Shown: in pieces, positions 34,363-43,888 of the stretch
How positions within the stretch are numbered: the stretch's first letter is position 1
Layout of the letters: the number at the start of each line of letters is the position of its first letter
Assembly (NCBI GenBank): GCA_030390025.1
Contig: JASTWF010000328.1
Span: 496,001-539,888, forward strand
Origin: Squalus acanthias
Taxonomy: Eukaryota
DNA: 43,888 nucleotides
Direction: 5' to 3'
Made by a program: the position numbers and the translations under genes
The notes under the pieces: model-generated
What the model was told of the DNA's origin: nothing
Seen by the model: the letters and a program-made list of their open reading frames with translations, nothing else
The model's database searches: none

Positions 34363-34414
34363 TCCTGTGGGCAGAAAATGGCAAATCTAGAAATATGACC
34401 AAAATAACACATTT

Positions 34415-34970
34415 TAACCCCAAAGCTGTAAATCCCCGTCCCACACACTCTCCCTCCTCCCTGTGCTGAAATCCAAACCCATCGCACCATCTCCAACATT
34501 TCTTTCCTCCACTCCCAGTTTTCTCCCTCCCTCTACTCTGGTTGGGTTCAGTTCCACACCCGCTGTGTGCAGAGTGAGAATAAAATCAATGAGTCAATGA
34601 TTGTCTCTCCTGGTCACTGGGACCCTGAAGCCCCGCCCACTCTTGTTCCTGGCCAAGATGGCCGCGCATGCGCCGTGATCCCGCCCTGTCCAAGATGGCG
34701 GCCAGTGACCCCGCTGACCCGGCCGGCCGGGCCTGTCACCGCGGGGCAAACACGGGGCCTGTGGGCTCTTATTCGGGGCCTGAGGCCTACACCGGGTGTT
34801 TATGAAGCTTTCCAGCCCAGCCGCTGGTCCAATTCCTCCCCGAGCCCACAATCTCCTACCGTCCTCCTGGAAGCGTGTCTTCCTCATCAGCCCAAAGTCT
34901 CCACTGGCACTGCGCATGCTCAGAGCACTGCCCTGTCTTGCGCCTGCGCACTGGGCTCCTGTAGTCATTG
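34415..34970 (-). promoter_or_regulatory. Promoter/leader of the 31949-32791 ZNF gene
   Basis: 34415-34700 is an inverted homolog of about 39460-39770; YY1, NRF1 and SBS-like gactacaggagcccag motifs. Confidence 0.72.
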
Positions 34971-35049
34971 ATAGGGCACATTCTCCTGCGCTGAGGATTC
35001 TGGGTAAACACCTCGCCATTGAAAATCCCAATTGTAAATATTTGTTTAC

Positions 35050-35700
35050 CATAAACTGGACTCAGAAATTGGAGGTATATTGTCGCAATTTGAAGATGAC
35101 TCCAAATTGGGTGATATATAGCTAATAATTTTGACTGCGCCAAAATACAGGAATACATAAACAGGCTTGCAGACTGTGCAGATAAATGGGAAATGAAATT
35201 CAATATAGTGAAATGTGAGGTGGTTCATTTTGGTGGGAGGATTAAGGAGGCCACCTATTCCTAAGAAGGTAAGAAACTAAATGGAGTAAAGGAGCAAAGA
35301 GATCTGGAAATACACACACATAAATTGCTAAAAGTAGTAACGCAAGTTGATAAGGCCATAAAGCGTGGAAAGAAAGTGCTGGGGTTCATTTCTAGAGGAA
35401 TATAATACAAATGCAGGGAGGTAATGTTACATTTATATAGAACCTTGGTTAGACCACACTTGAAGTACTGTGGGCAGTTCTGGTCTCCATATAACAAAGG
35501 ATATTGAAGCACTGAAGAAAGTGCAGAATAGATTTACAAAGGTGTCACCAGAGAGGATGCAACTAGCAAGCAAGATTGAGCAAGCTGGGGCTCTTTTCTC
35601 TGGTAAAGAGAAGTCTAAGAGGAGACCTGTTAGAGGTCTTTAAAATTATGTCAGGGTTCGAAACAGTGGAGAAGGAGAAACTTTCCATTTATCGGTGAGT
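35050..35700 (+). mobile_element. Degenerate CR1 fragment
   Basis: F(E)DDSKL, ttagaccacacttgaagtactgtgggcagttctggtctcc, LRGDLLEVFKIM. Confidence 0.8.
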
Positions 35701-35991
35701 CTGATAGTAGCTGCATTGTGGTCGTTTTCAGTATTTGAAGAAAGTCCTTTAAAACATGAAGATTTTGGCAAAAGTAAAAATAAACTCCATTGGAGGTAAA
35801 CACAATCAGCAGAATTTTTACCTGACCCTTCACCCTTTGATTAATTTGATATATACCCAGAATATTAAACTCCAGCCCAGTTATAGGGGTTATTAATATC
35901 AGCAGAAACATACCTCAACTGCCAGAATGAACATGGTTCAGTCCGAGATTTGATTAAGAGCAGCAATAACAGCAGCTTCCAACCCCTGCCG

Positions 35992-36231
35992 TCACATGTG
36001 AACTTGCTGGTGTGTCAGCAGGTTGGATGACCGAGTAATTTATTTCCCACACACGGAGCAGGTGAACGGGTCTCCCCTGTCTGAGTGCGTTGGTGTGTCT
36101 GCAGATTGTTTTTGCTTTTGAAGCTCTTCTCACAGTCCGGACATTTAAAAGGTCTATCACCAGTGTGAACCAGCTGGTCTATCAATGTGAAAACATTGGT
36201 GCATGACTGAGTGAATCGCTTCCCACACACT
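35992..36231 (-). pseudogene. Truncated, frameshifted ZNF 3' fragment with the family 3' tail (35850-35991)
   Basis: [24 protein letters not shown]; conserved downstream block. Confidence 0.8.
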
Positions 36232-36344
36232 GTCTCTTTAAAAAACGACCTCACTCCCACAGGCAAGCAGAGGCACTCTACCTTTACCACAAAAACACAC
36301 AATATAGAGAAGGGTTAATTCTCCACCCCACTATAACAGTGAAC

Positions 36345-36760
36345 TCTCTGTCCTCGGCCTCTTACACTGTTCCAATGAAGCTCAACGTAAGCTCGAGGAA
36401 CAGCACCTCATCTTTCTATTAGGAACTCTACAGCCTTCCGGACTCAACACTGAGTTCAACAATTTCAGATCATAACCTCTGCCCCCATTTTTTCGGATGG
36501 CAGTTGTTGCTGATGATTCTGATATTCCCATTTACACCTCCTCTAGACCCATCTTTTGTTTCTTCACTTGTCCCTTTACCATCTCCTTTTGGCTTGCACC
36601 AACATCCCTTTTGTCATTTAATCTCTCCTGTCTTCCATCCTATCTCAGACCTTCCATTTTGTTCTTTCCTCCCCTTTCCCTGCCTCTGTAATTTCATAAA
36701 ACCTGTTACATCTCTAACTTTTTCCAGTTCTGACGAATGTTCATTGACATGAAACGTTAA
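36345..36760 (+). mobile_element. Penelope-like element 3' end (GIY-YIG C-terminus plus terminal repeat)
   Basis: SVLGLLHCSNEAQRKLEEQHLIFLLGTLQPSGLNTEFNNFRS*, then a pyrimidine-rich UTR. Confidence 0.8.
36726..36760 (+). ncRNA. Minimal hammerhead ribozyme motif (stem I 3' strand cut by a CR1 insertion)
   Basis: CTGACGA, stem atgt/acat, GAAA, palindromic AACGTT. Confidence 0.65.
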
Positions 36761-37230
36761 TAGAATCATAGAAATTTACGGCACAGAAGGAGGCCATTCA
36801 GCCCATCGTGTCTGTGCCGGCTGAAAAAGAGCTACCCAGCCTAATCCCACTGTCCAGCTCTTGGTCCATAGCCTTGTAGGTTACAGCACTGCAAGTGCAT
36901 ATCGGGGTACTTTTTAAATGTGATGAGGGTTTCTGCCTCTACCACCCTTTCAGGCAGTGAATTCCAGACCCCCATCATCCTCTAATTTTATACACCTCAA
37001 TTAAATCTCCCCTCAGCCTCCTCTCTTCCAAAGAAAACAACCCCAGCCTATCCAATCTTTCCTCATAGCTAAAATTCTCCAGTCCTGGCAACATCCTCGT
37101 AAATCTCCTCTGTACCCTCTCTAGTGCAATTTCATCTTTCCTGTAATGTGGTGACCAGAACTGTACTCAGTATTCTAGCTGTGTCCTAACTAGTGTTTTA
37201 TACAGTTTTAGTATAACCTCGCTGCTCTTT
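36761..37230 (-). mobile_element. CR1 3' fragment
   Basis: tagaatcataga tail; ctccctcagcctcctctcttccaaagaaaacaaccccagcc. Confidence 0.8.
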
Positions 37231-37889
37231 TGGGACATACAATGACAGGAAGGGAACCTTCCTCCACAAAGCAATGCAGATAATTTAATCAGTGACGCTG
37301 CACCATATTTTGTGCATAAAGTCACACTTGCTTATTTAATGGGAACAGGTGCATAAAGCAGTTCAATGATCATGTTAACATCAAATATTAAATAAACTAA
37401 ATACAGCCCTTCATGTTCGCTGACACAACATAAACAGCCTTGTAAAGTGGCTGGAAACTAAACCCGAGGTTATGAGGATTTCAAACAGCAAGCTGTGAGA
37501 GTGACTGGCAATGATGTGACAACATGGGAATTTTGGCTACAGATATAGTGGCCCTGTGGGAGACTAATAACCAAATGTAATGTTGCTAGAAGGAGGAGTG
37601 AACACCCACAGGACCACTGACTACTGGCGACCGAACAAGGCAAATTCTATTTTTACTACATGGGATTCTGGGAATGTTACCAGAGTTTTCGAGGCTGAAT
37701 TCTGCAATTCATCCATTTTTTTCTGTGAAAACCATAAAATCGTTTGCTATAATGTTCTTATATTTAGACAGATGGTACACATTGGCTATTAGCAGCTTTA
37801 AGAAGATGCCTGACTTATTGGCATCTAAAGCAAACAATAGTTTATCTTTTACAATTCCTGGTGGAATATTCTAGATTTTGTTGGAAGAT

Positions 37890-39050
37890 CACAGGATAGG
37901 TTTGGATGAAGATGGCCCTTCAGCCCATTTAATCTCCTTCTAGAATACCAACCTTACCATCTTTCCATTACAGCATCTGTTTCTTCATTACTCCAGTGTC
38001 CTGGCATAAACCACCCTGCTGGCAACCCATTTCAGCTGTTGATCACCCTCTGAGTAAAGAAAGATTTCCTGCCGTCTATCCTAAATTTGCTCTCCACACC
38101 CATGAACCCTGTGCCCTCATGTCCTGCTGCCCAGATGTATCTGAAAGTATTGTTCCAGATTTACTTTCTCTATCCAGGTAAGTATTTATATACCTCTATT
38201 AATGTTGCTTCTAAGACATGTCTTCTTGAGGTTGAAGAAGAGGACTTGCTGATCAAGTTGTGCATCATAACTCTTCCCTCTAACACCATGGATCAGGGTT
38301 TGTTGCTTTCTTCTGGATTGCCAGTAAGACCTGGATGGCTCCCATAATATCACGGTGACCAGGACTATATGCAGCATACCAAGTGCAATGTGACCAGGGC
38401 AGCTTCGGCATTAGCTCTAGGTATTTGAACTGAACTGATTTGACAATATGATCCAGCATGCTATTTCCTTTGTTTATTGATGAGCCACACCTTTTAGGAA
38501 TGATGAGTGGTGACTCATCTAACACCCTAAGGTTTGTCTCAACTTCCCACTTGACAAGTTCTATCCCACCCATTTCTATTTTTCCCTAATAAACAGTATC
38601 TTGCCTTTTTCTATATTGAGTTTCATTTGCCAATGGTCATTCTTTGAAAGCTCCCTTTGTAAGATCCTAGTTGCCTTATCTGAATTCACATTCTTTCCTA
38701 GCTTGGTGTCATCTCCAAATTTAACTGTTTTATATTCTGATTCTGATTCCAGGTCACCTTTGTAGACCAAGACCAGGAGGGATTCCCAGCATGGACCCCT
38801 GGGGTAACCCACTCAGTATCCTCCCTTTGCAACCTAGCTTCACCTGGATAGTAATTAATCAATATGCATGTTTCACCTTGAAACCTACTGACCTCAGTTT
38901 GTAAAGAAGTCTCTCATGCAATACCTTATCAAAGGCCTTTTGGATGTCCAGGTACACTACATCATTTAATTTGGGATACGCCCCATTTAATTCGGGATGT
39001 CACCTCTTTCAAAAAAAGTCTAAGAAGTTGGTTAGGGAAGATCTATCTAT
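37890..39050 (-). mobile_element. Old, highly degenerate CR1
   Basis: KFGDDTKL, gggtaccccagggg-like PQG region, aaggcctttgataagg (KAFDK). Confidence 0.7.
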
Positions 39051-39239
39051 TAACTCTGATTCTCTCTCCACAGATGCTGCCTGGCCTGCTGAGTATTTTC
39101 TGTTTTTATTTATAATAGAGAAGGGTGAAGCTGTGTCTGTGCCTTTAACGGCAGCTGCCCAGACACAGGGTGCTGTCCCTTTAAGAATGAGTGACGGGGA
39201 CAATCCAGATTCCTCTTTCAGGTTTTCTGGGGAGGATGT

Positions 39240-39867
39240 CAGGAGCCCAGCGCGCAGGCGCGGGACAGGCTCTGCGCGGTCGCCGGCGGAGCTGCAGGTC
39301 GGCGGGAGCGGGGTCGGGAGATTAATAAACTGCGGGTAGGCCGCGCCGCAGGGTTTATAAAGTTGGAGAACGGCCTCTGGCTCGAATGAGATCCAGCGGC
39401 CCGGTCTGTGTTCACCGGACGGCAGCGGTGAGGCTTTTTCTCGGTGACAGGCCCGGGTTACGCGCCGCCATCTTGGTGGAGGAAAGACGGACCGGTTCCA
39501 CCTGCAGCAGGACGCATGCGCGGCCATCTTGGTACAGGAACAGTGAGTGGGCGGGGCTTCAGGGTCCCAGTGACCAGGAGAGACAATCATTGACTCATTG
39601 ATTTTATTCTCACTCTGCACACAGCGGGTGTGGAACTGAACCCAACCAGAGTAGAGGGAGGGAGAAAACTGGGAGTGGAGGAAAGAAATGTTGGAGATGG
39701 TGCGATGGGTTTGGATTTCAGCACAGGGAGGAGGGAGAGTGTGTGGGACGGGGATTTACAGCTTTGGGGAACAAGAGAGGAAAGAATGTTCCATAGAAAC
39801 TAGAATTGTCTGTTCTGAATTTCTATCCTGTACTTACAGTGATGACTTTTGTAAACTCCTTTTACAG
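39240..39867 (+). promoter_or_regulatory. ZNF promoter and 5' leader (module B, acceptors at about 39624 and 39867)
   Basis: tttataaa, gccatcttgg x2 (YY1), gcatgcgc, GC box; ttttattctcactctgcacacag and ccttttacag acceptors. Confidence 0.72.
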
Positions 39868-39988
39868 GGTTTTAGGAGGGGAAGATTTACAGACGGGAAA
39901 CTCAAACCAAACATCACCTCAACATCTGACAGAGTCACTCTGTTCATCAGGACCCGAATATCATCGGCCTTTGAATGTGGAAGGAGAA

Positions 39989-40780
39989 ATGTTTGTCTGT
40001 TCTGTCTGTGGGAAAAGATTTCAAACATCAGTGTGACTGGAAAAGCACCGAGACACACACACCCGAGTGAGAGTGTTCCAGTGCACTGACTGTGGAAAGA
40101 GCTTTAACCAGTTACACAGCCTGAAAAAACATCGCACCGTTCACAGCGGGGAGAAACCGTACACTTGTTCTGTGTGTGGACGAGGCTTCAACTGATCGTC
40201 CAACCTGGAGAGACACAAGGACACCCGCACCACGGAGAAACCCTGGAAATGTGAGGACTGTGGGAAGGGATTCAATTACCCATCCCAGCTGGAAACTCAT
40301 AGACGCAGTCACACCGGGGAGAGGCCGTTCACCTGCTCCGTGTGTGGGAAGGGATTCACTCACTCATCTGCCCTCCGATCACACCAGCGAGTTCACAGTG
40401 ATGAGAGACCTTTTAAATGCGCTGATTGTGGGAACTGCTTTAAAAGTTCTGAGGGACTAATTCAACATCAGCGAGTTCATACTGACGAGAGACCGTTCAG
40501 TTGCTCTCACTGTGGGAAGAGGTTCAGGCATTCATGCAACCTCATTGTACACCAGCGAGTTCACACTGGGGAGAGGCCGTTCACCTGCTCCGTGTGTGGG
40601 AAGGGATTCATTGGTTCTTCCCAACATCTGAGACACCAGCGAGTTCACACTGGGGAGAGGCCATTCACCTGCTCCATGTGTGGGAAGGGATTCACTCAGT
40701 CATCCAACCTGCTGACACACCAGCGAGTTCACGATCGACTGCAGGGGTTGGATGCTGCTGTTAATCACATCCAGGACTGA
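39989..40780 (+). pseudogene. C2H2 ZNF gene or pseudogene: leader fingers with TGA at 40034 and 40193, then 6 fingers from the ACG at 40232
   Basis: Same leader as the 16.0 and 32.9 kb genes; terminal TGA replaced by CGA at 40736. Confidence 0.7.
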
Positions 40781-41289
40781 ACCATGTTCATTCTGGCAGT
40801 TCAGGTTTGTTTCTGCTGATGTTAATAACCCCTATAACTGGGCTGGAGTTTAATATTTTGATATGTCAAATACATCAGCTTTGTTTCAAACACACAGTGT
40901 GTCGAGTCCTTGATTTCTCCAAGATAAGAGGAGACGAATTGATGTCCTGTTACCGACTGCTCCATTTTTGGGCCTTTTCTCCTTTCTAACTAAGATTATT
41001 TTACTTCTCATACCTTCAGTTACTCTCATGGACAAGTCCCAGCTCGCCATACATTCCAGAGTGCCTCTCCCAGCCTTGGTATCCAGGGAAGGTCTCGGTA
41101 ACACGCCCGGGATCACTAAACACAAAACCCAGTCTGTTAATCACTGCCAGCTACTGGGCTTAGCGTGTGACCCACAGCATCTCTCTCACCTTCGATGTGT
41201 GAATAGAGCATCACGCCTGCAAACCTGGTTTTAAATTTGAATCCACTCAGGAAATGTATTTCACAAGTAAACACATCACATCAAATCAT

Positions 41290-41475
41290 TGGCAAAAAGC
41301 CAGAGGGTAGATTAGACATTTTTGCTCCGCGGGTTGTGATCTGGAATGCACTGTCTGAAAGGGTGGTAGAAGCAAATTCAATAGTAATTTTCGAAAGCGA
41401 ATTGGATCTCTACTTAAAGGAAAAGGAAAATGGGGAAAGGGCCGGGGAGTGGGATTAATTGGCAACTCTTTCAAA
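41290..41475 (+). mobile_element. Degenerate CR1 3' end
   Basis: RVVIWNALSERVVEANSI. Confidence 0.7.
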
Positions 41476-41794
41476 GATGATCACGGCCCTATAAGGCAGC
41501 TCTATATTCACAGGAGAAAGGCTGATATCTAACTCCCCGAGAATAGAGAAAGATCCCAACTCTCTGAAACACCTTGAATTCTTTCTAAAAGCCTTTCAAA
41601 TGCTGACACATTCCTTCCTTCTTTTGAAATTCCACTGCCGTGCGCCGGGGGTGCAGGCAGTGCTGGGCACAGAGGGAGCAGCAAACCGGGTTCAGAGAGG
41701 GCACGCTGGCTTTGCCCTTGACCTGGGCTTTCCGTTGAGCATGTGCTGGGGCCCAGTGGGATTTCACTGCTCCGGGGTATTTCTGAGTGTGTCA

Positions 41795-42117
41795 CAGGAA
41801 CATTAGGAACAGGAGGAGGCCATTCAGCCCCTCGAGCCTGCTCCACCATTCAATTAGATCAGGGCTGATCCGTATCTGAACTCCATTTACCCGCCTTTAT
41901 TCCACATCCCTTGGAACAATTACCTCACAAAAATCGATCATCTCAGTCTTGAAAGCTCCAATCGACCCCCAGCATCCACAGCCTTTTGGGGGAGAGAGTT
42001 CCACATTTCTACGACCCTGTGTGTGAAAAAGTGCTGCCTGATTTCACTCCTGAATGGCCGAGCTCTAATTTTAAGATTATGGCCTCTTGTTCTTGATTCC
42101 AGCACCAGAGGAATCCT
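41795..42117 (-). mobile_element. CR1 3' end
   Basis: Homologous to 1205-1520. Confidence 0.8.
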
Positions 42118-42470
42118 CCATGGCCTCCCCTCTCCTTATCTCTGTAAACTCCTCCAGCCCTACAACCTCTGAGATCTCTGCACTCCTCCAATTCTGGCCT
42201 CTTGAGCATCCCCGATTTTAATCGCTCCACCATTGGCGGCCGTGCCTTCAGCTGTCGAGGCCCCGAGCTCTGGAATTCCCTCCCTAAACCTCTCCGCCTC
42301 TCGAACTCTCGTTCCTCCTTTAAGACGTTCCTTAGAACCTACCTCTTTCAACAAGCTTTTGGTCATCTGCCCAAATATCTCCTCATGTGGCTCAGAGTCA
42401 AATTTAGTTTGATAACGCTACAGTGAAGCACCTTGGGATGTTTTACTACGTTAAAGGAGCTATCGAAATA
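42118..42470 (+). mobile_element. L2-clade LINE 3' end
   Basis: GGRAFSCRGPELWNSLPKPLR...SFKTFLRTYLF; tail gtgaagcaccttgggatgttttactacgttaaagg. Confidence 0.8.
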
Positions 42471-43888
42471 CAACCCCCCTCACCCCAACTCCTCTTTCAC
42501 CCCAACTCTCCAACCCCCCTCACCCCAACTCCTCTTTCACCCCTACTCTCCAACCCCCCTCACCCCAACTCCTCTTTCACCCCTACTCTCCAACCCCCCT
42601 CACCCCAACTCCTCTTTCACCCCTACTCTCCAACCCCCCTCACCCCAACTCCTCTTTCACCCCTACTCTCCAACCCCCTCACCCCAACTCCTCTTTCACC
42701 CCTACTCTCCAACCCCCCTCACCCCAACTCCTCTTTCACCCCTACTCTCCAACCCCCTCACCCCAACTCCTCTTTCACCCCTACTCTCCAACCCCCTCAC
42801 CCCAACTCCTCTTTCACCCCTACTCTCCAACCCCCCTCACCCCAACTCCTCTTTCACCCCTACTCTCCAACCCCCCTCACCCCAACTCCTCTTTCACCCC
42901 TACTCTCCAACCCCCTCACCCCAACTCCTCTTTCACCCCTACTCTCCAACCCCCCTCACCCCAACTCCTCTTTCACCCCTACTCTCCAACCCCCCTCACC
43001 CCAACTCCTCTTTCACCCCTACTCTCCAACCCCCTCACCCCAACTCCTCTTTCACCCCTACTCTCCAACCCCCCTCACCCCAACTCCTCTTTCACCCCTA
43101 CTCTCCAACCCCCCTCACCCCAACTCCTCTTTCACCCCTACTCTCCAACCCCCCTCACCCCAACTCCTCTTTCACCCCTACTCTCCAACCCCCTCACCCC
43201 AACTCCTCTTTCACCCCTACTCTCCAACCCCCCTCACCCCAACTCCTCTTTCACCCCTACTCTCCAACCCCCCTCACCCCAACTCCTCTTTCACCCCTAC
43301 TCTCCAACCCCCCTCACCCCAACTCCTCTTTCACCCCTACTCTCCAACCCCCCTCACCCCAACTCCTCTTTCACCCCTACTCTCCAACCCCCCTCACCCC
43401 AACTCCTCTTTCACCCCTACTCTCCAACCCCCCTCACCCCAACTCCTCTTTCACCCCTACTCTCCAACCCCCCTCACCCCAACTCCTCTTTCACCCCTAC
43501 TCTCCAACCCCCTCACCCCAACTCCTCTTTCACCCCTACTCTCCAACCCCCTCACCCCAACTCCTCTTTCACCCCTACTCTCCAACCCCCCTCACCCCAA
43601 CTCCTCTTTCACCCCTACTCTCCAACCCCCCTCACCCCAACTCCTCTTTCACCCCTACTCTCCAACCCCCTCACCCCAACTCCTCTTTCACCCCTACTCT
43701 CCAACCCCCTCACCCCAACTCCTCTTTCACCCCTACTCTCCAACCCCCCTCACCCCAACTCCTCTTTCACCCCTACTCTCCAACCCCCCTCACCCCAACT
43801 CCTCTTTCACCCCTACTCTCCAACCCCCTCACCCCAACTCCTCTTTCACCCCTACTCTCCAACCCCCCTCACCCCAACTCCTCTTTCA
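42471..43888. repeat. 39/40-bp G-free tandem array, more than 35 copies, runs off the window
   Basis: Unit caacccccctcaccccaactcctctttcacccctactctc; variation almost only in C5/C6 run length. Confidence 0.98.

Noticed and set aside
14919..40780. Assigning named ZNF orthologs or PRDM9
   Set aside because: Lineage-specific arrays with no SET, KRAB or other diagnostic domain in the window

Overview
Eukaryotic, repeat-dense vertebrate DNA, almost certainly from a cartilaginous fish: it carries HER1/CR1-type LINEs, an HE1-type V-SINE, SacSINE1-type DeuSINEs and Penelope ends. The window is a cluster of KRAB-less tandem C2H2 zinc-finger (ZNF) genes and pseudogenes on both strands (7 finger arrays). 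Most sit behind a CpG-rich promoter assembled from a few re-used modules. One subfamily has near-identical 5' leaders and 3' tails around highly variable finger arrays. Its leader has a conserved in-frame UGA-CUG inside the first finger and an AUG/ACG-polymorphic Kozak start, and its terminal UGA is followed by a conserved 17-codon open extension. Other notable items: a 43-copy 48-bp minisatellite made of half a zinc finger; a young 5'-truncated Tx1-clade retrotransposon with a 10-bp TSD inserted just downstream of a Penelope hammerhead-ribozyme motif; a second hammerhead; an orphan PEBP1 (RKIP) exon 1; 67-, 46- and 40-bp tandem arrays; and a CR1-derived foldback hairpin. Repeat boundaries were set by eye and family names come from recalled consensus features, not from database searches.
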